The notes beneath the pieces are model-generated. The model had not been told where the DNA came from. It worked only from the letters and a program-made list of their open reading frames with translations, and made no database searches. From Candidatus Thalassarchaeaceae archaeon (GTDB lineage Archaea; Thermoplasmatota; Poseidoniia; Poseidoniales; Thalassarchaeaceae): DNA of 64,000 bases. The stretch lies in assembly GCA_029940695.1 (NCBI GenBank), contig JAPYUP010000001.1:75385-139384 (forward strand), written 5' to 3'. The position numbers and the translations under genes were made by a program. Numbering within the stretch: position 1 is the stretch's first letter; each line of letters opens with the position of its first letter. This document shows positions 37,501-47,181 of the stretch, piece by piece.

Positions 37501-38487
37501 ATGTCCGAACGACCACTCGGAATCACAGAGTCCCTACAGCACCCAAGGCGTAGCTTGGGCAACCGATATAGAAGCCAAGCTGAGAAATTCCTGAGAGTCT
37601 CTGAGAGCGACCCTACGGGCCTTTCGTGGGCCGAGCAAAGCGCAAGGCAAAGCGTACTTCATGATTTCACGAACCCAAACAATTGGAGAATCCTTGTCAG
37701 AATAAAAATCAGTCTTGGGGACGCCGAAGGAGTCAGGGCTGTGCTCGAGGACCTGATTACAGTATTAGGGAGGGATTCGAATCACCTGTCCCAACTGGAT
37801 GGAATAGACATCCTCGGTTCTGCTGTCTCCCTTCTAGAGGGTGCCCTGAAGGCCGACCCTCTCGACCCGGATGAGTGGTGGGATGCCGTGGGCGATGACG
37901 ACGCGGCGATTATCGAATTCTCCTCACGCCTGAAGGGACTGGATGTCAGAGACGCTCGTGCTAACATTCTGTTCTCGAGGAGGCTTGAGAGGCTTAGGGG
38001 GGACGGCAAAGAAGATTTGTTCCTCGATTTATCGAGGTACCTCCTAGCTCAACGGCCCAACAATCACGAGGCGTGGGGGGAGTTAGGTAGAATGTACGAA
38101 AGGAGGGAAGAATATGACCAAGCTTGGCTATGTTACGATCAGGCACAGACTCATTTCCCTCGTTCAGACGCCCGGGACCGCTTCAAAGAGAGGATGAGGG
38201 AAAGACTAGCAGGTATCGAGGGGGGGCCATGGAAATCCCCGGGCATATCAGACAGAGTCGAATTCCTCGACAAGATGAGAGGGCTTTCCATCCCGGCACC
38301 CCACAATATCGAGGAAGAAGATGATAATGAGGTAGAGGGAGATGGGGCTGTCACGGAGATTGAAATGCTGCGCAGCAGCGGAAGGCTGCCAGAGGCCTTC
38401 TTCCTTGCACGGAGGATGGCAGCGGAGGGGCATGGAGACGCGGCCGGTCTTGTAGAGGGGATATTGGAGGAAATGGAAGATGAGTGA
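37501..38487 (+). CDS. Hypothetical TPR-like helical protein
   Basis: TPR-like segment HEAWGELGRMYERREEYDQAWLCYDQAQTHFP and an acidic C-terminus. Overlaps the downstream Nudix gene by 8 bp. Confidence 0.35.
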   Translation: MSERPLGITESLQHPRRSLGNRYRSQAEKFLRVSESDPTGLSWAEQSARQSVLHDFTNPNNWRILVRIKISLGDAEGVRAVLEDLITVLGRDSNHLSQLDGIDILGSAVSLLEGALKADPLDPDEWWDAVGDDDAAIIEFSSRLKGLDVRDARANILFSRRLERLRGDGKEDLFLDLSRYLLAQRPNNHEAWGELGRMYERREEYDQAWLCYDQAQTHFPRSDARDRFKERMRERLAGIEGGPWKSPGISDRVEFLDKMRGLSIPAPHNIEEEDDNEVEGDGAVTEIEMLRSSGRLPEAFFLARRMAAEGHGDAAGLVEGILEEMEDE

Positions 38488-38881
38488 TGGGTTCGTGGTC
38501 ATTTGGGCAATTCCGATGATAAACTCTGATGACAATGAGTGCTGGGTGATGGTACGACACAAAGATCGGGGTTGGGAGTTACCCGGAGGCGCCATTCACG
38601 AAGGAGAGGAGGCCGATGTGGCCGCTCTCCGGGAATTGTTCGAGGAAACAGGGCTGCTGGGAATAGCAAAGGCTGTGGAATCGGAAATCATAGAGGGCGG
38701 ATACGTCGTTCTTGTCGCGGTGCCGGAATCTCCTCGCCCGGATGCATGGTCATCGAGCGACGACTCGATTGAGGAGGTGGGCTGGTGCAAGGAAGTTCCA
38801 GAGAAATTGGCATGGGATTCAGGGGAAATAGAAAGAATCCTGAATCACGACTGGAGTGCCTCGATTAGCCTAGAATCCTGA
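38480..38881 (+). CDS. Nudix hydrolase
   Basis: Nudix box GGAIHEGEEADVAALRELFEETGL (GX5EX7REUXEEXGU). 133 aa. Confidence 0.7.
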   Translation: MSDGFVVIWAIPMINSDDNECWVMVRHKDRGWELPGGAIHEGEEADVAALRELFEETGLLGIAKAVESEIIEGGYVVLVAVPESPRPDAWSSSDDSIEEVGWCKEVPEKLAWDSGEIERILNHDWSASISLES

Positions 38882-39678
38882 ATCTCTCCCTTCCTTGACT
38901 CTAGAGTGATCCTCCACGAAGGCTCTCCAATGAGGTCACTGGCATCGAGCACCAGTCCTAAATCGTCCCTTGTCTCTCCAGATAGGTCTTCGATAATCAC
39001 CGGGAGGATTTCATCCACCACCTCTCTGATGTCATCTGGGTGGGAAGAAATGCTCGTTTTACCAGGGGTCTCTCTCGGTCTGGCATTCACGATTCTATCA
39101 CTCATCTTAGGGGACAAGGAATCGATGTCATCCAGTGCCATATCTAGCCACTCCATGCCACTGACTAAGGCTTCCCCGGTCATCTTTGACTCTGTGAGTC
39201 GCTTCATAGCAATCCAGAGATGCCTCATTGCTGGCTCGAAGTCATCCATGTCACATAGGATCCTCCCAGACTCCAGACGCGATAGTCCAATGACGTCGTT
39301 GGGGTGGCCATTAGAAGACGAGATATCGGATAGTGTCACAAGAGCCATCATCGATTCCCCCCTGTTTCTTTGCCACGCACCGAGGTTCAGTAATGCCAAT
39401 CCATGCAACGGAGAGCCGAATGACGCGGCCGCCAAGCGATCCACGCACCAACGCAATTCGGTTCCAATGTGCTCGCTCTCGATTGCGCCCAAAAGGGCCC
39501 TTTCCATCCTCAACCAAGCCTCCATCTCGTGATCCCGCTCCTCGATGCTCCTAGCCCGATCCAGAAGACCCTCACTGAAATCGATGGCTTGTTCGGTACG
39601 ACCACCGGAAAGCAATCTCTTGAGGAGAAGGGCGTCCACGGCTAGTTGGGTTGGCCCATTAACTGTTGAAGAAGGCAT
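38845..39678 (-). CDS. Hypothetical protein (helical, acidic)
   Basis: ORF only. No motif recognised. Convergent with the Nudix gene. Confidence 0.3.
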   Translation of the reverse strand: MPSSTVNGPTQLAVDALLLKRLLSGGRTEQAIDFSEGLLDRARSIEERDHEMEAWLRMERALLGAIESEHIGTELRWCVDRLAAASFGSPLHGLALLNLGAWQRNRGESMMALVTLSDISSSNGHPNDVIGLSRLESGRILCDMDDFEPAMRHLWIAMKRLTESKMTGEALVSGMEWLDMALDDIDSLSPKMSDRIVNARPRETPGKTSISSHPDDIREVVDEILPVIIEDLSGETRDDLGLVLDASDLIGEPSWRITLESRKGEIQDSRLIEALQS

Positions 39679-39687
39679 GAGGGCACC

Positions 39688-40053
39688 TCACTCCCTCTCG
39701 AAGGCTTTCGCTAGTCTCTCGTACTGATCCCTGACTCCCTCTTCCTTCTCCATGAGCCTCTTTAGGTGATCCTCGAGGGCAATGATTGCTTCGCTCATAT
39801 CATTAACTAGGGAATCCCTATCGTCAACCTCCAAGAGGAGGTTGCCGAAGGATCGAAATATCGGCCTCTCGGGATCCTGTTTCTCAAGTGCCTCGACAGT
39901 GATTCCGTACTCAGAAACTTGGGATGAGATGGTCTGGATTTGGTTCCTGACTACCTGAAGCTCCCTAGCAACTCCCTGGATCTCCTCGGCAGTCACTTGC
40001 TCGCTAATCAGATCCCCTCCCTCGAGTTGCTCTGAGCGATTGCTCAGAGGCAA
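39688..40053 (-). CDS. pfdB: Prefoldin beta subunit. The start is probably the internal GTG near 39996, because the longer ORF overlaps the upstream gene by 50 bp.
   Basis: About 105-aa coiled-coil pattern with central hairpin region VEALEKQDPERPIFRSFGNLLLEV, typical of prefoldin beta. Its position in the exosome superoperon matches known archaeal synteny. Confidence 0.6.
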   Translation of the reverse strand: MPLSNRSEQLEGGDLISEQVTAEEIQGVARELQVVRNQIQTISSQVSEYGITVEALEKQDPERPIFRSFGNLLLEVDDRDSLVNDMSEAIIALEDHLKRLMEKEEGVRDQYERLAKAFERE

Positions 40054-40246
40054 TTAACCCTCGCATTATCGTGTTCCACCTAGCCCTGAGGTCGTTGAAG
40101 CTGTAGGATTCAAGAAAGATGCTGAGGTGCCCGTTTTCGTTAGTGTGTTCAGCCTCGGTGACTATGGCTGCAGAAAGAGCCTCTGCTTGAGAGTGCCCTA
40201 CGGAGAGACGTAGGAGTATGGGCTCATTCCTCTTCGGAACTGGCAT
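40004..40246 (-). CDS. Pcc1-like small protein, a possible KEOPS subunit
   Basis: An 80-aa protein. The blocks AEALSAAIVTEAEH...LSIFLES and NDLRARWNTIMRGLIAS resemble the archaeal Pcc1 pattern (…ESEDLRSLRASINSYLRWI). Pcc1 often sits in this superoperon. Confidence 0.4.
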   Translation of the reverse strand: MPVPKRNEPILLRLSVGHSQAEALSAAIVTEAEHTNENGHLSIFLESYSFNDLRARWNTIMRGLIASEQSLRATRGRGSD

Positions 40247-40592
40247 CTGAATCTCTCTCTGCTAGCTTTCGTTCGTATTCAAGCGCTGCCTGCTGAGCGA
40301 TTACAGTCATATCAGTAGCAGTCGCCCCTTCCATCGAACGGCGAACAATGCGTTTATTGGCGTCCGAGGCCCTCGTGTATGGCTCCCAGAAGCCGCCCGA
40401 GAAGGTGTGTTGGCACTTTCTGCATTCCCAGATTCCAGCCACCTTCCTGCGGACCTTGGGGTATTGACAATTGGGGCAGGTGTATTTCCTCGACTTCTTA
40501 GCAAGGGCGGAGCCGGCCCTACGTCTGACACTGACTCCGTACCTAGGGCCATAGCGTGCTGTAGCTCCAGCCTTTTGGGTTCTCTTAGCCAA
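40224..40592 (-). CDS. rpl37ae: Ribosomal protein L37ae (eL43) with an approximately 30-aa acidic C-terminal extension
   Basis: TARYGPRYG, Zn ribbon CPNC...CRKC, and GGFWEP. The 122-aa length versus the usual ~90 is due to the tail ...LEYERKLAERDSDASSEEE. Confidence 0.85.
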   Translation of the reverse strand: MAKRTQKAGATARYGPRYGVSVRRRAGSALAKKSRKYTCPNCQYPKVRRKVAGIWECRKCQHTFSGGFWEPYTRASDANKRIVRRSMEGATATDMTVIAQQAALEYERKLAERDSDASSEEE

Positions 40593-40604
40593 TGATACAC
40601 CACC

Positions 40605-41384
40605 CTAAAGCGAATCTACAATCTTCCTGAGCTCCTTCGATCTTTCCTGAGCGTGCCCCATGATTTCGGTGAATTCTTTCGTTGTGAAAATCCCCTTTAG
40701 ACCCTTCTGAAGAGAATGGACATGGTCATCGTCCCCAAGGGTGATGTGAATTCTCTCATCACCCCCGAGCTCCTCCCTTCCGCACGCGTCGTACACAAAT
40801 CGGGTGCCGACCTTGTGGTAAGAACACATTATTGGAGTCTTGGACAAGTTCAACGGGTAGTCCTCCCCCACCTCGAAGCGCTCTGCTGGGACAACCGCGC
40901 TGCGTAAGGCGGCAATGCCAGCAAGCGCGAAGGCATCGAACAGATTGCCATCGTCGGAGATCGCGAACAGATCTAGAATTACCTGCCAAACCTTCTCGCC
41001 TGGGATGATACAGAGGGCATCTACATCGATGCATCCCGACTCCCTTATGCCTCTGTCTACGACTCGGCCCAGCTCAATCGACTCTGGGCTGGGGGGGCCT
41101 GATTCCCAATGTCGTCCAGCAACGGGCCTAATCTCAGCAGAGCACATCAGACCTCCCTGGTTGGGCCTGTCTGAGTATGGCTTCATAATCTGGAACTTGA
41201 CTCCTGCGAAAACAATGGTGTCACCCATCCTAACCCTAGCTGAGCCCTCAGCTCTGGGTAAAACGGAAATTTCGGCCTCGAGGTTACGGCCCTCCCAGCG
41301 CTGCCTGCCATCTATGCGGGCATCGTTCTCAGCTAATTCAGCGAGGTGGGCACGGAGCAGTTTCGGAACTAGAGGTAACGCCAT
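40605..41384 (-). CDS. rrp42: Exosome complex component Rrp42 (RNase PH-like, non-catalytic)
   Basis: RNase PH domain 1 and 2 profile. Translationally coupled to rrp41 upstream. 259 aa. Confidence 0.8.
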   Translation of the reverse strand: MALPLVPKLLRAHLAELAENDARIDGRQRWEGRNLEAEISVLPRAEGSARVRMGDTIVFAGVKFQIMKPYSDRPNQGGLMCSAEIRPVAGRHWESGPPSPESIELGRVVDRGIRESGCIDVDALCIIPGEKVWQVILDLFAISDDGNLFDAFALAGIAALRSAVVPAERFEVGEDYPLNLSKTPIMCSYHKVGTRFVYDACGREELGGDERIHITLGDDDHVHSLQKGLKGIFTTKEFTEIMGHAQERSKELRKIVDSL

Positions 41385-42100
41385 CAGTTCTCACCTCCCT
41401 TCAGAGAGTCGACCATCAGACGGTGAATCGATTGGGCAGCATCAATGTTGTACTGCCAAGCTTGATTGAACTCTTCCTGAGAAAGGTCGCCGTCCATCTG
41501 GAGGAAGACCAGCTCGCCTGAGTTTGGCAATATGCCCATTGGAAGATCAGCCTCGCCATAGTTGTCCTCTTCTTTGTTGAGGTCGCACACAACGATATCG
41601 TTGATCTTTCCACTTGCAACGCTGACTACCATGTCGGTCATCGGGATACCAGCATCAGCTAACGCGACTGAGGCGGCCGTGAGACCGACACAACGGGTTC
41701 CGGCTTCGGCAGTAACGATCTCGATGCTGATTCTAATCTTGGATCGTGGGTACAGTTCGAGAAGGACTACGCTCTCAAGCGCATCTTTGGTGACTTTGCT
41801 GACCTCCCTGCTGCGTCGGTTGAAACCAGGGCGCATTCGATCCGTTGTTGAGAATGGGGCCATGTTGTATGCAACATCCAGAACCGCTCGGTCCTGTCGC
41901 TGAATCTTCCTTGGATGGCACTCCATCGGGCCGTAGACTGCAACGATGGCCTCGTTGGTTCCCCACGTCATCCTGCAGGACCCGTCTGCGACGGGAACAA
42001 CACCTGTCTGGATGGTAATCTCACGAAGATCGCCGGGTCCCCGGCCATCAACTCTCAACCCGTTCTCGTCAATCATCTGGACATCTCCGTAGCCACCCAT
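41384..42100 (-). CDS. rrp41: Exosome complex exonuclease Rrp41 (RNase PH-like, catalytic)
   Basis: DGRGPGDLREITIQTGVVPVADGSCRMTWGTNEAIVAVYGP and TAASVALADAGIPM. 238 aa. Confidence 0.85.
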   Translation of the reverse strand: MGGYGDVQMIDENGLRVDGRGPGDLREITIQTGVVPVADGSCRMTWGTNEAIVAVYGPMECHPRKIQRQDRAVLDVAYNMAPFSTTDRMRPGFNRRSREVSKVTKDALESVVLLELYPRSKIRISIEIVTAEAGTRCVGLTAASVALADAGIPMTDMVVSVASGKINDIVVCDLNKEEDNYGEADLPMGILPNSGELVFLQMDGDLSQEEFNQAWQYNIDAAQSIHRLMVDSLKGGEN

Positions 42101-42810
42101 CAGTGACCACCCCCGACTGGGATAATACGTGATTCATCAGTCAATGAGTTGAGTCGCCTACGAACCTTCAATATACCATCCAAATCGCCATCAATCCACA
42201 TCCTGCCGTTATCGGCGACGATAATCCTACAATCGGTATCCTCCTTTAGCTGACGTAGTGAGTTGCCGCCCTTGCCAATCAGCCTGCCAAGCAGATGTGG
42301 GTCTATTTCCTCGATGACGCCCGAGCGTATCTTGCGTAGCCCCATACCCTTCATAGTGACTACGCTGGAGTGGGTTTCTTCGACTTCCTGAACCCTGCAA
42401 AGAATCGCCTCACCGATGTCCATCACGGAGCGTGTGCCACCAAACTCGACCTTGCCGGGACCAAGACTCATGGGAAGAATCGCGTTGAAGGGCGCACCAA
42501 GTTCAACGAACCATATGTTGTTCGTGCATCCCTCGATGTAACCGATTGCTAAGTCGCTCGGTCTGGGGATGTACCTCGTATGCAGCGGCTCAACTGTTAC
42601 CGTACTGCCCTTATTCATCATTCTACCTTGCTTTGTAGCCCGAAGCCTGCCTTCCATGACGAGTACGCCATGGCCAGCTTCTTGGCCTTTCAATTCTCCT
42701 AGGTCCTCCCCAGGAACGACGAGTGATTCGGCTCGTCGAGTATCTCGCGGTCCACCCGCGTCATTCTTCTTGCTCATGCTATCGAGCCGCGCGACCGGCC
42801 GGCCGTTCAT
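42100..42810 (-). CDS. rrp4: Exosome complex RNA-binding cap protein Rrp4 (S1 plus KH)
   Basis: N-terminal domain, S1 and KH blocks (...GRLIGKGGNSLRQLKEDTDCRIIV...). Coupled to rrp41. Confidence 0.8.
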   Translation of the reverse strand: MNGRPVARLDSMSKKNDAGGPRDTRRAESLVVPGEDLGELKGQEAGHGVLVMEGRLRATKQGRMMNKGSTVTVEPLHTRYIPRPSDLAIGYIEGCTNNIWFVELGAPFNAILPMSLGPGKVEFGGTRSVMDIGEAILCRVQEVEETHSSVVTMKGMGLRKIRSGVIEEIDPHLLGRLIGKGGNSLRQLKEDTDCRIIVADNGRMWIDGDLDGILKVRRRLNSLTDESRIIPVGGGH

Positions 42811-42841
42811 AACCGTTGATGCCGCTATGACAGTATTGGAA

Positions 42842-43531
42842 TCAGTCCAATTCCCTGACCTCGACGTCGGATGAGCGATTAGCGACCTTGTCGATGAGAT
42901 CGTTCTTCATCCCCCCTGGGACGGTAACTATGCAGGCCCATGTTCCGTTGCTCAGCCACTCCTCCCTCTGAATAGAGTCCCTGAGCATTTGATGGACGCC
43001 TCCGTAGTCCTTTCCTTGAACTTTGAAAGCGAGACGCACAGTGATGAATTGGAGAGGAATAAACGGCCTCAGAGCCGCGACAGCATCCTCAACCTGACTT
43101 TCTGTGGATTTGAACGGATCTACTGAGAAGCGAACCTCGTCCAGCGCGGACTCGATTCTAGTGTGAGGGTGTGGCAGTCTGGTTTTCGGGTCTGTGGCAG
43201 TGCTAGCGATTTGGTTGACAATTTGTCGCTTCTTATCCTCTACCATTCGACGCCTTTGCAATGTAGTCAGTTGAATTGTGCCATCTCCCAATATCTTAGC
43301 GACGCACGGGCCGAGGTCAGTGGTGCCAAAAACTCGTTCCAGAGCATCGCTCGTAGGTCTGTCCCCACCTTTGGCATCGGACCAAACCTCATCGATTGCA
43401 AGTAGGTCGTTGAGGGACACCGAATCAGGATCCTCCTTCCAATTGTCGACGAGCTCGGGGTCGACTAGAATCTCGTAGCGAGCTCCCCCCTTCTCGAATC
43501 GGGCGAGCACCGCATCGTCGAGGCTGACCAT
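42842..43531 (-). CDS. sdo1: SBDS/Sdo1 ribosome maturation protein
   Basis: FYSD-like N-terminal domain (ARFEKGGARYEILVDPELV...) and about 230 aa. Lies between psmA and rrp4, as in the archaeal superoperon. Confidence 0.75.
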   Translation of the reverse strand: MVSLDDAVLARFEKGGARYEILVDPELVDNWKEDPDSVSLNDLLAIDEVWSDAKGGDRPTSDALERVFGTTDLGPCVAKILGDGTIQLTTLQRRRMVEDKKRQIVNQIASTATDPKTRLPHPHTRIESALDEVRFSVDPFKSTESQVEDAVAALRPFIPLQFITVRLAFKVQGKDYGGVHQMLRDSIQREEWLSNGTWACIVTVPGGMKNDLIDKVANRSSDVEVRELD

Positions 43532-43569
43532 GGTTGCCCAGTGGGGAGTGTGGCTTAGAGGGTGGGGTC

Positions 43570-44316
43570 TCAGGACAGTTTACCTAAGTGCTTGAGAGTA
43601 GTCTCCATGTCCATCTTGCTGTAGCCGTCCTTGTCAACTGAGGCGATTTCGACAGTTTCTGGGTTAAGGTCATCCTCAAGGGACTCTCGCAGTGCCTCTA
43701 GTCCGAGTTTGATAGCGGCGTTCTTCGTCATTCCAGCCTTCCACTTGCCCTCGAAGTGATCGATCACTGATGAGCGGCCACGGCCAATCGCGCCTGCATG
43801 GTACGACTGGTATGCACCAGAGGGATCGGTCTCGTAAAGATGGACTCCCTCTTCGTCCATTCCTGCGATTAGCAAGGCGGTTCCGAACGGCCTGGCCCCA
43901 CCGTACTGAGTGAAGGACTGCTTGTAGTCGCACATCTTCTTGACAAGTGTGGAGACCGGAATGGCATCACCGTAGGTCATACGATTAATCTGGCATTGTG
44001 CCCGTGCTCTGTCGACGAGTTGGCGAGCGTCGGCAACGAGGCCCGAGGTGGTGATGCCGATGTGGTTATCAATCTGGTACATCTTCTCTATGGAGTCCGT
44101 GATGACGAGCTTGCTCTGAATCCTCTTGTCGACGATAAGGACCACGCCGTCCTTGTAGATTAGTCCAACAGTAGTGGTGCCCCTCTTTACAGACTCTCTC
44201 GCATACTCAACCTGATAGAGCCTGCCATCTGGGGAGAATGTCGACACTCCATGATCGTAACCTCGTCCGCTGGGTTGCATCTGAATCGGCCTCATGCCTG
44301 AATGGACTCTTATCAA
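43570..44316 (-). CDS. psmA: Proteasome alpha subunit
   Basis: YDHGVSTFSPDGRLYQVEYA signature and GTTTVGL. 248 aa. Confidence 0.9.
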   Translation of the reverse strand: MIRVHSGMRPIQMQPSGRGYDHGVSTFSPDGRLYQVEYARESVKRGTTTVGLIYKDGVVLIVDKRIQSKLVITDSIEKMYQIDNHIGITTSGLVADARQLVDRARAQCQINRMTYGDAIPVSTLVKKMCDYKQSFTQYGGARPFGTALLIAGMDEEGVHLYETDPSGAYQSYHAGAIGRGRSSVIDHFEGKWKAGMTKNAAIKLGLEALRESLEDDLNPETVEIASVDKDGYSKMDMETTLKHLGKLS

Positions 44317-44378
44317 TCTTGGTCGAGAGGAAACTCAGTCAGGGTGCCATTCATGGTGGTGCAGCTACTAGGCGGGCC

Positions 44379-45134
44379 ATGAAGGTAGCAGTGCTGGCAT
44401 CGGGGGGGAAGGATTCCTCCTACGCAGCCTGGTGGGCTACATTGCAGGGATGGGAAATTGTGGCTCTTGTGACTGTGGGGGTCCAAGGCAGCGACTCGAT
44501 GATGTTCCAGACGCAGAACACTGCAATAGCAGGGCTCCAAGCGGCCTCAATGGGGGTTCCGTGGCTGCCGATTACCACTAATGGAGAGGAGAAACAGGAG
44601 ATGCTGGACCTAGAGCAGGGGCTGTCTGGTTCCAGCTCGGTCGAAGATTCATTCCAGATCATGTGGCCAAAGTCATTCACACGTCCCGATTGCTTGGAGT
44701 TGCACGACGGTTTGGTTGATATTGACGGTTTAGTGGTTGGCGCACTCCGTTCCGACTACCAAAAAACCAACATCGAGATGATGTGCGAGAGACTGGGGAT
44801 TTCATCATTCTGCCCCCTTTGGCATCATAGTCCACAGAGTCACATGAGATCACTCTTGGACCATGGCTTCGTCGTCAGATTCATCTCTATTTCGTGCGAG
44901 GGCCTGGATGAGAGTTGGCTCGGCGTAGCCCTGACTGATCAAACCCTGAGGGATCTGGAAGACCTAGCTAGAGAGTTTCGCTTCAACCTCGACGGAGAGG
45001 GTGGTGAGTTCGAGACGATTGTTTCCTATGGACCGCACCTCAAGCGGGAAATATCCTGTGACGGTGTTTCGTGTTGGGAAGGTAGCAGGGGCATTTGGGT
45101 CATACGTTCTTGCAGTCTAAGCGAGCATCGTTAG
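44379..45134 (+). CDS. dph6: Diphthine-ammonia ligase Dph6-like PP-loop ATPase (DUF71/MJ0570 family). Start taken at MKVAVLASGGKDS.
   Basis: PP-loop SGGKDS and the GEGGEFETIV motif characteristic of DUF71/Dph6 proteins. Confidence 0.6.
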   Translation: MKVAVLASGGKDSSYAAWWATLQGWEIVALVTVGVQGSDSMMFQTQNTAIAGLQAASMGVPWLPITTNGEEKQEMLDLEQGLSGSSSVEDSFQIMWPKSFTRPDCLELHDGLVDIDGLVVGALRSDYQKTNIEMMCERLGISSFCPLWHHSPQSHMRSLLDHGFVVRFISISCEGLDESWLGVALTDQTLRDLEDLAREFRFNLDGEGGEFETIVSYGPHLKREISCDGVSCWEGSRGIWVIRSCSLSEHR

Positions 45135-45175
45135 ACTCAAACAGGGGTCTATGGTCGGCTCAGTCTGAGGATTCC

Positions 45176-46528
45176 ATGCCAGTGTCTCCAATTGACTACA
45201 GATATGGGCGGGATGAAGCCAAGGAAATCTGGTCACGAGATGGTCGCCACGCTAGGCTTCTTGAGGTCGAGAGAGCATTGGCGTGGGCTCACTGCCAGAT
45301 GGGCAGAGTTTCCGCTGACGACTACGACACTATCGCGGACATCGCTGATCCCGGGATAGTGACTGCGGACAGGGTAGATGAGCTTGAAGCCGAGACTCGT
45401 CACGATATCATGGCCTTGACCAAGGCCATGGCCGAATCTGCTGGTGATGCAGGATGGTGCATACACCTAGGCGCGACCAGCAACGACATCATAGACTCAG
45501 CAGTGGCGCTTCAAATCAAAGACAGCATAGACCTACAGCGAGATGTGATATCAGGGCTTATTCTCACTATGTGTGACATATCCGAGAGGGAGCGGGACAC
45601 GGTCATGCTAGGTAGGACGCATGGCCAAGCAGCAGTCCCAATTACCTTCGGTCTCAAAGTGGCAGTTTGGGTGGACGAGTTCAGGAGGCACCTCGATCGC
45701 CTCGACGAGATGGTATCACGCTGCATTACCGGCAAGTTCCTCGGTGCCGTTGGAACCGGAGCAGCGCAGGGTGAGAAGGCTCTCGAACTACAGGACCTAA
45801 TCATGGGCGAGCTTGGTCTAAAGGCTCCAGTGGCAACCACTCAGGTAGTAGGCAGAGACCGTTACATCGAATGGGTAGGGTGGATGGCTAACGTCGCAAC
45901 GAGCGTAGAGAAGGTGCTTCAGGAAGTCAGGAACCTCCAGAGAACAGAGATTTCGGAGGTGTCAGAGGCCTTCGATTCAAAGAAGCAGGTTGGTTCTTCC
46001 ACTATGGCACACAAAAGGAATCCCATTACCGCTGAGAATGCCTGTGGTCTTGCACGAATAGTTCGTTCTATGATTGTGCCTTCGTACGAGAACGCACTGT
46101 TGTGGCACGAACGAGATTTGGCCAACTCCTCCAGCGAGAGGTTTACCCTCTCCCACTCCATGATTCTGCTGGATGACATCATTCTCAAGTGCGACCGCGT
46201 CCTCTCGAACATGGTGGTCGATTCCGAGAGAATGAGAGAAAACATAGAGGCCCAGAAAGGCCTAATCATGGCAGAGAAGGTGATGCTGGAGTTAGTGGAC
46301 CGTGGAATGCCCAGAGACCAAGCCCATGAGGAGTTGCGGAGAGCCTCTATGGAGGCAGTCGAAAGTGGAATCAATCTGGAAGAGACATGCAAAACTTCCG
46401 ACTTGATTATGGAACTAGTAGGAGTTGAGGAGCTTGCTGGTTTCTTCGACCCCGGCTCCCATCTAGGATTTTCAAGCGAAATAGTGGAAAATGCGGTATC
46501 TATGGCGAGGGACCGCTGCTCAGAATGA
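45176..46528 (+). CDS. purB: Adenylosuccinate lyase. Start taken at MPVSPIDYRYG.
   Basis: Fumarate-lyase signature GSSTMAHKRNP with the HKRNP PurB-type variant. N-terminal ...SPIDYRYG.... About 450 aa. Confidence 0.8.
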   Translation: MPVSPIDYRYGRDEAKEIWSRDGRHARLLEVERALAWAHCQMGRVSADDYDTIADIADPGIVTADRVDELEAETRHDIMALTKAMAESAGDAGWCIHLGATSNDIIDSAVALQIKDSIDLQRDVISGLILTMCDISERERDTVMLGRTHGQAAVPITFGLKVAVWVDEFRRHLDRLDEMVSRCITGKFLGAVGTGAAQGEKALELQDLIMGELGLKAPVATTQVVGRDRYIEWVGWMANVATSVEKVLQEVRNLQRTEISEVSEAFDSKKQVGSSTMAHKRNPITAENACGLARIVRSMIVPSYENALLWHERDLANSSSERFTLSHSMILLDDIILKCDRVLSNMVVDSERMRENIEAQKGLIMAEKVMLELVDRGMPRDQAHEELRRASMEAVESGINLEETCKTSDLIMELVGVEELAGFFDPGSHLGFSSEIVENAVSMARDRCSE

Positions 46529-46858
46529 TCTCCTGAATACCCCGAAGAACCTGTCACGCTGCGTCCACGACCCGAAGATAAAGACTAGGGCTGCAACTAT
46601 CGACCAAATTTCAAGGCTTAGAGTGGGCACCAGCAGTAGGGCTATTGCAGTTACCGTCGCGAATACGAATAGTAGCATTATCATCGCATGAGGACCGTAT
46701 TGGTTCACGTCTTTCAGGGCGACTCGAAGGAATCCCCCCTCGAGAACGCCTTGGATCATGGGGGCATCCGTCTCCTCGAAATCGGGAAGTGGGCGACGAG
46801 GGATTCGCTCGCTCGCGCTGGCGGATCCGCCTGAGCTTGATTTGGAAGGCTTGGGCAC
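46520..46858 (-). CDS. Small hypothetical membrane protein with two TM helices
   Basis: ORF with hydrophobic segments (MIMLLFVFATVTAIALLLV, IVAALVFIFG). No motif recognised. Confidence 0.3.
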   Translation of the reverse strand: MPKPSKSSSGGSASASERIPRRPLPDFEETDAPMIQGVLEGGFLRVALKDVNQYGPHAMIMLLFVFATVTAIALLLVPTLSLEIWSIVAALVFIFGSWTQRDRFFGVFRRSF

Positions 46859-46914
46859 GATGCTCCTAGGAGGTTTCGATGATTATCCTTCTTGCACTAA
46901 TCGCTAGAAAACGC

Positions 46915-47148
46915 TCATTCACCATCATGCCTGTATCTGGCCTGCTGTAGTAGGTCCCCCATCTCTTCCAGTGCCTCATCATCTGGTTCCATTAGGCTCT
47001 CGGGGTCCTTGGCGGCACCGCTGTAATGGCCGTCGATGCCCTCCTCACTCACTCTTCGACGCTGTCTGAGTCCAAGGAAGAGCCAGATAAGCGCACCAGC
47101 CGTTAAGAGGAGGATGAGATTGACGGAGAGCTCCGTGATTGCCGTCAT
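46915..47148 (-). CDS. Small hypothetical membrane protein with one TM helix and an acidic tail
   Basis: 77-aa ORF. Hydrophobic segment LILLLTAGALIWLFLGL. Confidence 0.25.
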   Translation of the reverse strand: MTAITELSVNLILLLTAGALIWLFLGLRQRRRVSEEGIDGHYSGAAKDPESLMEPDDEALEEMGDLLQQARYRHDGE

Positions 47149-47181
47149 GGGGGGGATTCGGGAGATTCGGTATTATTTATT

